The notes beneath the pieces were generated by a model. The model did no database searches. It was not told the origin of the DNA and saw only the letters and a list, made by a program, of their open reading frames with translations. The translations under genes were made by a program, and so were the position numbers. From an uncultured Chloroflexia bacterium (GTDB taxonomy: Bacteria > Chloroflexota > UBA6077 > JACCZL01), in NCBI GenBank assembly GCA_963765765.1, contig CAVXYC010000019.1:256001-320000 (forward strand): 64,000 nucleotides of DNA, in the 5' to 3' direction. Shown one piece after another: positions 41,774-52,067 of this stretch; positions within the stretch are counted from its first letter, which is position 1, and the number at the start of each line of letters is the position of its first letter.

Positions 41774-42034
41774 GACAAACGATCGCTTAGCGAGTCCATG
41801 TTCCCGGTACGCCTCGTGCAGTAATGCACAAGCGTAGAGCGCAAGAAGCGCTTGTTGAGGGCGAATCACATGGACCGTGCGAATTCTTACCCACATTGTC
41901 GAAGCGGCCTGGTTTCGAGTCTGGTACTCAAGGGCGCCGACTACTTTCAGCGCCTGCTCATTCCCTGGGTGCATGGCTGAGTCCAGTCTCAACGAGTCGC
42001 GCGACTTGCGCTACATGGAATCACCAGGAGGTAG

Positions 42035-42382
42035 ATGATGAGAGTTGCAGAGAGAACACACGCTGCTACGGCAACTCCGGATCGCCGCGGCGATCGCGTC
42101 ATCGATTCTGCTTCGCCGTTCGCGAAGGACGAGCGCTGGATCGAGATCGATCTCGCTGACTTGCACCTTTCCAGCGACATGAGCACACTGGATCACAGGG
42201 CTGAGGTCGCCTCGTATATTTACGAGCGCTTCGTCCCGTATGCCGATGAAGGGTGGGAGTGGGTGGTACATCCCGCCAGTCGGCGGTTTGACGACTGGGT
42301 GACAAACGACTCCGAGGTTACCGCCGCTCGGATGCACTGTCGCCGGGTGAGCCGGAGACTCCGCATTCAGAGCGCGCATTGA
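42035..42382 (+). CDS. hypothetical protein
   Basis: strong SD AGGAGG, 115-aa ORF. Confidence 0.6.
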   Translation: MMRVAERTHAATATPDRRGDRVIDSASPFAKDERWIEIDLADLHLSSDMSTLDHRAEVASYIYERFVPYADEGWEWVVHPASRRFDDWVTNDSEVTAARMHCRRVSRRLRIQSAH

Positions 42383-42714
42383 ACGGACTCTCCGGGTATC
42401 GCACGCGGCAGCTCACGAGACGCCTGTGGTCATCAGAACCGACCTCACAGGTATACCGACCGGTACCATCGAATTAGTCAAAAATCACTTGTTGGACCGC
42501 GGCGGATTCGCTACTCTGACTGGCATGGAGCGACGTTAGTCAGGCCAGAGCGCGTAGGTCGTCGCGGCCAATGACCCCAGTTCTCAGGGCCCATTTGTCA
42601 ATCCAACCCTAACCGCTGTGCGTTGTATAAATAGGCCGTTCTTAAATCTGGAGTCATGATGCTCGGTGGCGCCCCGAGGCTGCTCGGACAGATCCTCTTC
42701 TTCGGCTATAGGCA

Positions 42715-44349
42715 ATGACCCGCTTCCTCGTGGGAGTAGTTGGGCTGGTTACGCTGGCTGTGGGCTGGTATGCGGCTCAAGTGGCGACCTTGAATTGGGT
42801 CCAGCCCTTGGCGATCGATAGCAGCCTATCCGCAGTCCAGCGTCCGATCCATCCTGATGTGCCTCTCCAGATATCGCTGCAGGGATACGGAGCGGAACTT
42901 GGCGGAGTGCGGCTCTATCGCACCGATGCGGAAGCGTCCAGTCAAGAGGAGCCCGTCCCCGCGCGCGCCGTAAGTAACGGTGCCGGGTCCTGGCGCGTTG
43001 AGACGGCGAATGGCCTGCGGCCCGACAGCGACTATCGTCTGGTCGTTGATGTTATCTCACCCCGGGCATCCTTCCCGGTACCGGTCCAGGAGCACATCAC
43101 TCAACAATATCGATTCGAGACCGTGCCAACTCCGCAACCTCAAATGCCCGCAAGTCTCCTTCAGCCTCGTTGGGGAGAAGCGGTGCCGATCTCCTGGTCA
43201 TTGCCACTCGAATCTGTGCAGGTCTCGGTTGACCCGGAGGCGTCCGTTGACGCCTGGGTTGACCCTGCCGACGCCACCAAGACCTGGGTTAAGCTGGCGC
43301 CAACCGCCTTGGGTGGCCAGGTGTACTCAGTCGAATTCAAGCGTGCCGTTGGTATAGATGGCATGGCGCTGCAGGAGCCGAGATCCTTTCAGCTTGCACT
43401 GCCGGATCGGCCGAGTTTTGAGAATCTTCCCGAGGAAGCCGTGATGATCGAGCACGGAGAGACCTTCGACCTCACCAGCACAGTCCCGCTCGCGGACGTC
43501 GACGTTCAGAGCAGTGGTGATCTTCAGACAAAAGCCACTCTCCACGGTGAGCACATTAGACTGGCGCTCCCGAAGTTCCGGCAGGGCGCTGAGGCCAAGG
43601 TCACTGTAGCGGCGGCAATCACTCCGCAAGGTGCTCCGCTGGAATCGCCGGTCTCGTTCCTGGTGCGCACCCCTCCCGCGATGGAGATGCCGAGGTTCGT
43701 TCCAGCGAACAAAGCTCAATCCGTTCGACTGGGAGCCCGGCCTTACCTCGAATTCCAGTCGCCACCCTCCAACCCCGGGGCGGTGCGCCGCTCAGTGACG
43801 ATGCGGCCGGCAATCAAGGGCGAGTGGAGCTGGTTAGATGACGTGACGCTGGTTTTTACACCTGCCGATCGTCTGCCACCAGAGACGACGATCAACGTCA
43901 CGTTGCCAAGCGGTCCGGATGGTCCGCGCACTGAAGCAGGCGGCTATCTGGAGAAGGACCTGGTGACGTCGTTCGTCACTATGCCTGATCGGCGCATCGA
44001 GGTCAGCATCGCGAAGCAGCAGCTGTACATGATTGAGAGCGAGCGCACGATCAAGACGATCACAGTGGGCACGGGTGTGGCCGGCGCTGATACGCCACGC
44101 GGCCAATACGAAGTGCTCTACAAACTGCCCAAGACTCGGATGCAGGGCGTGAACCCTAGTGGCGCACGGTACGATCTCCTAGACGTTCCATGGGTGTTGC
44201 CGTTCATGGGTGATTACGCCATTCACGGAGTGTATTGGCGCAATAACTTTGGCACGGTCGCCAGCAACGGTTGCGTGGGTATGACCGTAGAAGAGGCCAG
44301 GGTGCTCTACGACTGGGCGGACGTGGGTACGCCAATCCGGATTTATTAG
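42715..44349 (+). CDS. L,D-transpeptidase (YkuD domain) with N-terminal TM anchor and Ig-like domains
   Basis: IEVSIAKQQLY, TPRG, AIHG...SNGCVG catalytic His/Cys. Confidence 0.9.
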   Translation: MTRFLVGVVGLVTLAVGWYAAQVATLNWVQPLAIDSSLSAVQRPIHPDVPLQISLQGYGAELGGVRLYRTDAEASSQEEPVPARAVSNGAGSWRVETANGLRPDSDYRLVVDVISPRASFPVPVQEHITQQYRFETVPTPQPQMPASLLQPRWGEAVPISWSLPLESVQVSVDPEASVDAWVDPADATKTWVKLAPTALGGQVYSVEFKRAVGIDGMALQEPRSFQLALPDRPSFENLPEEAVMIEHGETFDLTSTVPLADVDVQSSGDLQTKATLHGEHIRLALPKFRQGAEAKVTVAAAITPQGAPLESPVSFLVRTPPAMEMPRFVPANKAQSVRLGARPYLEFQSPPSNPGAVRRSVTMRPAIKGEWSWLDDVTLVFTPADRLPPETTINVTLPSGPDGPRTEAGGYLEKDLVTSFVTMPDRRIEVSIAKQQLYMIESERTIKTITVGTGVAGADTPRGQYEVLYKLPKTRMQGVNPSGARYDLLDVPWVLPFMGDYAIHGVYWRNNFGTVASNGCVGMTVEEARVLYDWADVGTPIRIY

Positions 44350-44381
44350 TAATGCTTCGGACTCGCCGACTTAGCGCAATG

Positions 44382-44429
44382 AGGCATCCTTGTTATCCTG
44401 CAGTGAAGCGAAGAACGACAAGGATGCCT
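44382..44429. terminator. hairpin between convergent genes
   Basis: aggcatccttgt / acaaggatgcct, 12-bp stem. Confidence 0.55.
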
Positions 44430-44461
44430 GTCTGAATGACTTGCTCGATCTGTTCGCGCAG

Positions 44462-46354
44462 CTACCTCAGCGCAGGGCTTAGTTCCACTTCGGCATCCTC
44501 GCTGAACTGCGTTCGATAGAGCTCCGCGTAGCGGCCGTGGGCTGCCAGGAGCTCGGTGTGCGAGCCACGCTCCACCACACGGCCATCCTCGATGACCAAT
44601 ATGGCGTCAGCGGCTCGGATGGTCGAAAGCCGGTGGGCGATCACCAGAGCGGTGCGGCCGTTCAGTGCTTCACCGATGGCTTCTTGCACGGCAGCCTCAG
44701 AGACGGAATCGAGGTGCGCGGTGGCCTCATCCAGGATGACGACGCGCGGTTGTGACAGGAGCAGCCGCGCTATGGTCAATCGTTGGCGCTCTCCTCCCGA
44801 CAGTCGGTAGCCTCGCTCACCGACCACCGTGTCCAAACCATCCGGCAGGTGACGCACGAGCTGGTCCAATCGCGCTCGCTGAAGCGCATCCCAGAGATCG
44901 TCGTCAGACGCGCCCGGTCGCGCAAAGGTCAGGTTGGCGCGAATGCTATCGTGGAAGAGGTGGCCATCCTGAGTGACCATTCCTACAGCTTCGCGGATTG
45001 CCTTGAATGAGAGGTCGCGGACGTCCATGCCAGCGAGCCTGACCGCGCCGCTGTCCACGTCATAAAGGCGAGGAACGAGTGATGCAATCGTCGACTTGCC
45101 GGCCCCAGACGAGCCGACCAGCGCGATGAGCTGCCCGGCTTCGGCTTTGAATGAAACGCCGTGAAGCACCTCTTCACCGCCACGAGTGTCGAGATTGGCC
45201 ACCTCCTCGAGTGAGGCAAGGGACACTTTGTCCGCTGCTGGGTAGCCAAAGTGCACGTCCTCGAGCTCGACAGAAACGGGTCCATCGGGGAGACTCTCGG
45301 GGCGCTGCTTCTCCGCGATCAGCGGCGGAATGTCGAGCACTTCAAAGACTCGCTCAAAACTCACCAGGGCCGACATGACGTCTACGCGGGCGCTCGCCAG
45401 AGCCGTGAGCGGGCTGTACAGTCGCGTGAGCAGCAGTGCGAGAGTAACGACGCTTCCGGGCTCGATCTGACCGACGAGAGAGAGGTAGCCGCCAAGTCCG
45501 TATACCAGGGCTGAAGCGAGCGCCGAAACCAGCATGAGCGCAGTGATGAAGACCCACTGCACCATGGCGGTGCTCACGCCGATATCCTTCACGCGCGCCG
45601 CCCGGCGACCAAACTCCGCGGATTCTTCCTCGGGCCGACCGTACAGCTTGACAAGCGTCGCGCCGGGAGCAGAGAACCGCTCGGTCATCTGACTCGTCAT
45701 CGCGGCGTTGTGAGAAGCCGCCTCACGCTCCAGGCTGGCAAGCTTTCGTCCCATACGCCGTGCCGGAATAACGAAGATGGGCAGGAGCACCAGTGACAGC
45801 AGCGTGACCTGCCATGAGAGCCCCAGCATCACTGCCAGCGTCAGCACCAGCGAAATTACGTTTGTCACCACGCTGGAGAGCGTGTAGGTAAACGCGCGCT
45901 GGGCACCGATGACGTCGTTGTTCAGTCGGCTGACCAGCGCCCCCGTCCGAGTACGTGTAAAGAAGGCGATGGGCATGCGCTGAACGTGCTCGAACACGGT
46001 ATTTCGCAGATCCAGAATGAGCCCTTCTCCAATGCGGGCCGACTGCAGCCGCTGAAGCAGGCCAAGACCTGCTTCGACGACCGCAATAAGCGCGATCAAG
46101 ATGGAGAGCCCGATGACCGTGCTGATATCGCCGCGCTCCACGATCGCATCCACCACGCGGCCTGCGAGCACGGGCGTGGCTACCGAGAGAACAGCCAGTA
46201 CCACCGAGAGAATCAAGAATGCGATCAGCGCCCGCCTGTGCGGCCGAGCAAAGCCGGCAATGCGTCGCAGAGTGGCTCGTCCAACGCCACGGCGGGGTTG
46301 ATCGCCCTGCATGGCGCTCTCGAGAGCCATCCACGTTCCCACGTCCATGTTCAT
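44462..46354 (-). CDS. ABC exporter, fused permease/ATPase (MdlB/MsbA-like)
   Basis: GSSGAGKST, LSGGERQRL, ILDEATAHLD, IAHRLST all canonical. Confidence 0.93.
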   Translation of the reverse strand: MNMDVGTWMALESAMQGDQPRRGVGRATLRRIAGFARPHRRALIAFLILSVVLAVLSVATPVLAGRVVDAIVERGDISTVIGLSILIALIAVVEAGLGLLQRLQSARIGEGLILDLRNTVFEHVQRMPIAFFTRTRTGALVSRLNNDVIGAQRAFTYTLSSVVTNVISLVLTLAVMLGLSWQVTLLSLVLLPIFVIPARRMGRKLASLEREAASHNAAMTSQMTERFSAPGATLVKLYGRPEEESAEFGRRAARVKDIGVSTAMVQWVFITALMLVSALASALVYGLGGYLSLVGQIEPGSVVTLALLLTRLYSPLTALASARVDVMSALVSFERVFEVLDIPPLIAEKQRPESLPDGPVSVELEDVHFGYPAADKVSLASLEEVANLDTRGGEEVLHGVSFKAEAGQLIALVGSSGAGKSTIASLVPRLYDVDSGAVRLAGMDVRDLSFKAIREAVGMVTQDGHLFHDSIRANLTFARPGASDDDLWDALQRARLDQLVRHLPDGLDTVVGERGYRLSGGERQRLTIARLLLSQPRVVILDEATAHLDSVSEAAVQEAIGEALNGRTALVIAHRLSTIRAADAILVIEDGRVVERGSHTELLAAHGRYAELYRTQFSEDAEVELSPALR

Positions 46355-46535
46355 GATTGTTTCAACGCTCCAGAATGTAAAACGAACGATTCCCACAGGA
46401 ATCGACCGGGCGCGTAGCTCGGAGGCTTGTCCACTGTGCCTAGAACGCTAATCGCCCCGAATGTAATCCAGACACAGGGACACGCCCGTGTTACTTGTCC
46501 CGACTTCGAGTGGACGGCCCGACGCTGACCGACGT

Positions 46536-47571
46536 TCACGGCAGAATCAAGTGGAGGTCACCGAACTCATGCCAGAGGTAACGGCCATCGAGCGCGGCTT
46601 GATAGGCGACCTCGAGATGCGCGGCTCCCGCGATTGCACTCAGCATGTCCAGGTGTGATGCTTGCGGCTCGTGAAATCCGGTTAGCAGTCCATCGATCAC
46701 TCTGACCCCGCGATCCGGCGTGATGATCAAGTCCGTCCATGCTCGAGTGGGTCTCAGTTGGCCCGACCCGTCTGATGCGCTCTCCAGTGCGCGCACCACC
46801 GTGGTTCCCACGGCGATGACGCGCCTCCCGTCAAATCTGGCCTGATTCACCGCCGTAGCCGTCTCAGGAGGAACGATGAACGGCTCAGCATACGGCCGTT
46901 CATGCGCTTCCAAACTCGCAACGCCAGTGTGAAGCGTCAGGGTTTTGAAGCCGATCGCACGCCGGGCCAGCTCAGCCAGCACCCGGCCACTGAAGGCGCG
47001 TCCGGCCGAGGGCATCTCTGCTGAACCGGGCTCCCGCGCGTAGATGGTCTGGTAGTAATTTAGCGGCCACTCATCGTGCAGATATGGGTAATGGACGGGG
47101 CGGCCCCAACGATCCAGATATCCCAGCACAGGCAAGGGGAGATCGAGTCGCGCAATCCAGAGTCGGCTTGAGTCCGCATGTGGAGCCAGAAACGTGATCC
47201 GCCCCTCATCGGGCACAGCGACCGACTCGTCGAGATCGACGCTCGCGTGCCTGAGGTTCCACAATCCAGAGGCCATCCGGAAGTCGCGTTGAGAGGTGGA
47301 TATCCAGCTCCCGTCCATCCCGGCGGCGGGCTGTCAGCGCGGCCGGGATAGTGGCTGAATCGTTTGCCACCAGCAGGTCGCCGGGTTGGAGGTAACTCGG
47401 CAAATCGATAAACCGGGCGTGATCGACGCGATTATCGCGGTAGTGGCTCACCATGAGCCGAACTTCGTCGCGCCCAAGGCCACGCGCCTCGGGTGGTTCG
47501 TGTGCCTCCAGATCAGGAGTTAGTGAGAACGCCAATCGGCGTTCAGATGGTTGAAGAGTAGTCATGGTCAT
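46536..47571 (-). CDS. queA: S-adenosylmethionine:tRNA ribosyltransferase-isomerase family protein (QueA-like paralog); frameshift ~47240
   Basis: EPPEARG..RDEVRLMV, GDLLVANDS, YQTIYA..PGSAEMPSAGRAF, AVGTTVVRALES, TGFHEP, YLWHEFGD. Confidence 0.85.
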
Positions 47572-48305
47572 CGTTGACCTCCGGAGCCCGCCGCCACCGG
47601 CATGCGTGCCACAACGCGACGGAACGGTGTTGTTTCGTCCTCGATGAGCCGTACGATGGCTGGCGCGGAGACTTCAGGACCGGGCAGGTGGCTCAGGTCC
47701 TCGCCCGGCTCGGCGTCGCGATGCATCTGGGTGTTCATGTCGCCCGGATCCACGGTGTAAATGCGGATCCCGGTGCCGGCGACTTCGGCTGCTAGCACTC
47801 GTGAGAGATGTTCCAAGGCCGCTTTGCTGGTGCCGTAACCACCCCAGCCCGGATATGCCTCCAGGGCGGCGTCGGACGTAATGTTGACGATCACGCCCTC
47901 TCCGCTCCCTTGCATATCCGGCAGGACAAGCTGCATCAGGTGGAGCGGAGCAATGGCGTTGACGTGGAAGACTTCTGCCAGCGTGTCGAGCGGGTAGCTC
48001 TCGAGTCGCGGCATCGGGCTCGGGCCGATCGTTGATGCGTTGTTGATCAGGATGTCGATCTGTCCGAATCGCTCCTGACCTGCCACTACGAGACGTTCGG
48101 CGTGTGTTGGATCGGCAACATCGCCGGGAATGGCCAGCACTGCCGTGAGTTTATTTAGCTCCTGTGCGGCTTGATCGAGCGCCTTCGCCCCCCTCGCCGT
48201 CAGAATGAGATTCGTTCCGCGGCGAGCCAGTAGGCGCGCGATTTCAAGACCGAGACCGCGGGATGCTCCGGTGATAAGTGCTGTTGAATTGGTTGATAGC
48301 CTCAT
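47568..48305 (-). CDS. short-chain dehydrogenase/reductase
   Basis: TGASRGLG, NNAS, YGTSK; overlaps the queA-like start by 4 nt. Confidence 0.93.
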   Translation of the reverse strand: MRLSTNSTALITGASRGLGLEIARLLARRGTNLILTARGAKALDQAAQELNKLTAVLAIPGDVADPTHAERLVVAGQERFGQIDILINNASTIGPSPMPRLESYPLDTLAEVFHVNAIAPLHLMQLVLPDMQGSGEGVIVNITSDAALEAYPGWGGYGTSKAALEHLSRVLAAEVAGTGIRIYTVDPGDMNTQMHRDAEPGEDLSHLPGPEVSAPAIVRLIEDETTPFRRVVARMPVAAGSGGQR

Positions 48306-48420
48306 CTACGACTCCATGGTGTTCGGGTGTTTCCGATACCAGGAGTGTCGCGCCCAGATGAGGCCGTCGGCGTCGTGCCAGGGGTCAGAACAACGATGGT
48401 CTCTTGGGTCAGCAATCAGA

Positions 48421-48438
48421 ACTGTCCAAAAGGACAGT
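48421..48438. promoter_or_regulatory. candidate NarL/LuxR-type operator, perfect 7-4-7 palindrome
   Basis: ACTGTCC-AAAA-GGACAGT, about 115 nt upstream of the SDR start. Confidence 0.55.
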
Positions 48439-48449
48439 CCAGCGCATGC

Positions 48450-49076
48450 CTAGGGGTTGAGCAGGCCGCGTTGAGCGGCGATGGCCACGGCTTGAGCGCG
48501 ATTCTCGGCACCCAGTTTTCGGATTAGCGCCGCCGTGTGAAATTTGACGGTGCGCTCAGTGATGGAGAGGGTGTTGGCGATCTGCTTGCCAGGGAGACCC
48601 TCGGCAATGAGTGTCAGCACCTCTCGTTCTCGCAGCGTGAGTGGACCTGCGCCGCGGGGCGCTCGAACGGCGTTGGCCAGGTGCGCCGCCGCGGCCGGGG
48701 CAAGCGCGGTGCCGCCGGCTGCCACAACGCGAACGGCGTCACTGATCTCCGCCGCTGTGGCACCCTTGAGAATGTATCCACGCGCTCCGCCTCGCACCGC
48801 GTCGAGCACCCGCTCGTCCGATTCGTAGGCGGTGAAGACCAGAATTGCTGTTGATGGTGAGATCTCTGCGAGTCGTGGAATGGCCTGAGTGCCGCTCATG
48901 CCAGGCAGCTCCAGGTCCAGCAGAACCACATCCGGTTGCACTCGCTCGACGAGCCCCAGTGCCTCTTCCGCGTTACTCGCCGCGCCCAGGACTTCGAAAT
49001 CTCGTTCGTCGGCCAAGGTGGCAACGAGCCCCTGACGAACGATTGGATGGTCGTCGACGACGATCACGCGGATCAT
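48450..49076 (-). CDS. NarL/LuxR-family response regulator
   Basis: VDDH, LLDLELP, GYILK, LTLREREVL...TVKFH HTH. Confidence 0.95.
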   Translation of the reverse strand: MIRVIVVDDHPIVRQGLVATLADERDFEVLGAASNAEEALGLVERVQPDVVLLDLELPGMSGTQAIPRLAEISPSTAILVFTAYESDERVLDAVRGGARGYILKGATAAEISDAVRVVAAGGTALAPAAAAHLANAVRAPRGAGPLTLREREVLTLIAEGLPGKQIANTLSITERTVKFHTAALIRKLGAENRAQAVAIAAQRGLLNP

Positions 49077-50242
49077 GACCGCGGATCACTTGGAAGGGGA
49101 ATACGCGCGGTAATCGTGGTCCCTCGATTCGGTCGGCTCGTGACGCGGAGCTGACCGCCCAGGAGACGTGCGCGCTCGCGCATACCGATGATGCCGTGAT
49201 GACCCGCCTCGGGACTCGACGTCGCCTCGGCATTCATGCCGGTCCCGTTGTCGCGGACCGTGAGCAAGACTGCGCCGTTCGCTACGCGTAGTGCGATGCT
49301 CGCTTCGGTCGCGTGAGCGTGGTGACGCACGTTTGCGGTTGCCTCCTGCGCGATGCGATATACCTCAGATTCGACCTGAAGTGGAAGCACGACGGCCTCA
49401 TCGATGTCCACGTGAATTTGAATGCCGGTCTCGGAGGTGAATCGCCGAGCAAGTGCCGAGAGTGCTTCGGGCAGTGTCCGCTCAGCCAGGGGCTCGGAGC
49501 GCAGGTTCAACACGGATGTCCGGGCTTGCTGCAACGCCTCCCGCGTGGTTGCGAGGGCGCGCTCGAGTCGCTCTCGTGCTTGTTCCGGGCCGTCCTCCAC
49601 GTGGCGCAACGCTCCCTCGATGTCCAATCCGATGGCGGTGAGTCCTTGCGCCAGGCCATCGTGAATCTCACGTGCCAGGCGCGTGCGGTCCTCGGCGCGC
49701 ATGAGCCGCGCGCTCTCCCCGGCGAGGCGGTCGCGCTCCACTGCGATGCCGATCTGCGAGGCGATCGTGGAAAGTAGCCGCAGCTCTTCGGGGTTGAGGG
49801 CACGCCAGGCTGGCCCAGCGATGTTCATGATGCCCAGGCCGCGATGTCGGAAGTAGAGCGGGATGCTGGCGTGGTAGCGCAGGCCCTGCGTCAGTGATGG
49901 ATCCTGCGCGTGGATCGCTGGGTGCAGACGGCTGCATTCCAGCATATCGACGTTTGTGGGACGCAGCTTGCCCTTGACGAAGAGGTCCGTGCAGTAACAC
50001 CAGCTTCCGCTCATGCGCACCGGCTCCTGCAGGTACGGGGGGAGGCGCTGCGTAGCCGCGACGTAGAACTGCCCGGTTTCGGCGTCCTTGAGCCAGACCC
50101 AGCCCGTTCTCAACCCGAGCAGCCGCGCTACGAGTCCGAGCGTGCGCTCCAGCGCCTGATAGATGTCCGTGGAGCCGTGCAACGCCTCAGTGATCGCATC
50201 GAGGATGGCTGACGAGTCCGACGGCTTGCGGAGACCAGTCAT
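49073..50242 (-). CDS. soluble GAF-domain HisKA_3 sensor kinase, AirS/YhcY-like with CxC...C motif
   Basis: no TM helix; WCYC...ECSRL...HASIPL...GIMNIA; RLAREIHDGLAQ H-box; QEATANV..HA, DNGTG, GIIGMRER. Confidence 0.92.
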   Translation of the reverse strand: MTGLRKPSDSSAILDAITEALHGSTDIYQALERTLGLVARLLGLRTGWVWLKDAETGQFYVAATQRLPPYLQEPVRMSGSWCYCTDLFVKGKLRPTNVDMLECSRLHPAIHAQDPSLTQGLRYHASIPLYFRHRGLGIMNIAGPAWRALNPEELRLLSTIASQIGIAVERDRLAGESARLMRAEDRTRLAREIHDGLAQGLTAIGLDIEGALRHVEDGPEQARERLERALATTREALQQARTSVLNLRSEPLAERTLPEALSALARRFTSETGIQIHVDIDEAVVLPLQVESEVYRIAQEATANVRHHAHATEASIALRVANGAVLLTVRDNGTGMNAEATSSPEAGHHGIIGMRERARLLGGQLRVTSRPNRGTTITARIPLPSDPRS

Positions 50243-50313
50243 GAGTGATGAGTCATGAGTGATGAGCCGCGGAAGTACGTCTACTCATCACTCATGACTC
50301 ATCACTCATGACT
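50237..50313. repeat. inverted heptamer array forming a perfect 30-bp hairpin over the kinase start codon
   Basis: agtcatgagtgatgagtcatgagtgatgag / ctcatcactcatgactcatcactcatgact. Confidence 0.85.
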
Positions 50314-50314
50314 T

Positions 50315-50689
50315 CTACACATACGTGTGCGTGATCACCTCGAGAATGTGCCCGTTGGGATCACGGAAGTAGAATCCGCGGCCCTGGTGGTGGTGATTGA
50401 TCTCATAGTCCTCGAGATCGCGCGGACCGCTCCCATAAGCAATGCCTTCGTCCTTCACGCGCTGCAGCACTGTGTCGAACTCGCCGTCAGTTGTGATGAA
50501 CGCAAAATGTAGGCAAGGTAGATTCTCACCGGCATCGTCGAAATCTAGCGATAGATTGTCGTCGACTCGTACCGGCGCGAAATGACCCCATAGACCCTTG
50601 TACTCGAGCCCGAACATTCGGGCAAACCAGCGCGCTGACTCTTCTTTATTACGAGCTGGAACGATTGTGTGGTCCAGATGGAATGGCAT
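50315..50689 (-). CDS. VOC/glyoxalase family protein
   Basis: LDHTIV, HFAF, GRGFYFRDPNGHILEV. Confidence 0.9.
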   Translation of the reverse strand: MPFHLDHTIVPARNKEESARWFARMFGLEYKGLWGHFAPVRVDDNLSLDFDDAGENLPCLHFAFITTDGEFDTVLQRVKDEGIAYGSGPRDLEDYEINHHHQGRGFYFRDPNGHILEVITHTYV

Positions 50690-50753
50690 GGGTTCGCTCC
50701 TCTTCCAAATACGACTGACCGGATTGTAAACGGTTGGACGCCGTTGCAGGTTG

Positions 50754-52067
50754 TCACGCTCCTCGGATGAGGGGCGGCCGATGTGCATGCAGAGCGACAC
50801 CTCCACTTATCGAGAAGAGGGCGCTGGCGGCGAAGAGGGCGTGGTAGCCGAGCTGAGAGACAAGCACGCCGCCGACCAGGGGTGCCACCGCACCCGCGAG
50901 GCCGACGAGACCGAAGCAAAGTGCCACGTAGCTGGGGCGTCGGTCCACGGGCGCGAACTCCATGGGGCCGGTCTCGATGGCAAGCTGCGAGCCTGCTTGT
51001 CCAATGCCAACGAATGCGAATGACGCCAGCAGCCACAACGGCTGATTGGCCAACATGGCAAGGATGGAAAGACCAGCACCCGCCAGAGCCGATACTTGAC
51101 CAACCGCTGAAAAACCATGACGGTCGGCCAACCAGCCCAGAGCAGAGTTCGCAAGGACGCTGGCGGCGAGCAGCATCACCGTGTACCAGGCGGCGATCTC
51201 ATCACTTGCTCCGAGGCTTAGCACCGCATACGCCATGAGAAAACCCGTGGACATTGTTCCAAAGCTGACCAACGCGAGCCCGCTCACAAATCGACGGAAC
51301 GGCAGATCAGCCCGCAGAGTCGTAGCCATCTCAGCCATCTGGCGGTGGAACGGAGCTGCCGCCCTGGCCGGCGGACCGGGTGGCTCTTTGATTAGCAGAA
51401 TGGGCACCATGCCAACCAAAAGAATGACTGACGCGAGGCCGAAGCATGCCGCGAAGTTGTATGGAAACGGGAACCAATCGAGTAATAGGGCGGTCAGCGC
51501 GGCGGTTCCGACTCCGAGCGCACGGCCGATCATGGTCCAGTTACCCATGAATCGCCCGCGACGATTCCCGGGAACGACTCGCGCAATCACGTCCATCCAG
51601 GGCGGCACGGAAAGTCCCGACGCCACGGATTGGAAGAAGCGACAGAGGTACACCGCGCCCAGTAATACCGGCACGGGCACAAGAAATTCGCCATTGGTCG
51701 TGCTGATGGACGCGAGCGCGCAGAGCGTCAGGCCCAGTGATGGAATCCGCTCCAGCACCGTGTATCGAATGAGCAAGGGCAACTTGCGTTGACTGCGCTC
51801 GACATATCCGGCGACGAAGATCTGAGGGAGCCAGCCGAGTTGAAACGCAGTCGCGAGCAGCCCGATTGCAAGAGGATCGCTCGAGATCTTGCTGATGAAC
51901 AGCGGAACAATTGTGCTATGTCCCAGAAGCCCGAGAGCCGCCATGAACATCGCGAGATCGATCCCGAGGTAGAGTGCATTTCGCCTTGACGTCCTGGAAT
52001 CAAGAGGCGCAGAGATCTCCGGTGCTCCCTGATGCGAGTGGCGGGATCCCGGCTCGTCGAACGGCAT
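50754..52067 (-). CDS. MFS transporter
   Basis: about 12 TM helices, GWLADRHG motif A. Confidence 0.88.
   Translation of the reverse strand: MPFDEPGSRHSHQGAPEISAPLDSRTSRRNALYLGIDLAMFMAALGLLGHSTIVPLFISKISSDPLAIGLLATAFQLGWLPQIFVAGYVERSQRKLPLLIRYTVLERIPSLGLTLCALASISTTNGEFLVPVPVLLGAVYLCRFFQSVASGLSVPPWMDVIARVVPGNRRGRFMGNWTMIGRALGVGTAALTALLLDWFPFPYNFAACFGLASVILLVGMVPILLIKEPPGPPARAAAPFHRQMAEMATTLRADLPFRRFVSGLALVSFGTMSTGFLMAYAVLSLGASDEIAAWYTVMLLAASVLANSALGWLADRHGFSAVGQVSALAGAGLSILAMLANQPLWLLASFAFVGIGQAGSQLAIETGPMEFAPVDRRPSYVALCFGLVGLAGAVAPLVGGVLVSQLGYHALFAASALFSISGGVALHAHRPPLIRGA

Noticed and set aside
42454-42465. TACCG-AC-CGGTA as a TetR operator
   Set aside because: Short palindrome that could arise by chance; no TetR gene in the window
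30894-50313. Heptamer arrays and REP pairs as a CRISPR array
   Set aside because: No regularly spaced direct repeats with unique spacers and no cas genes
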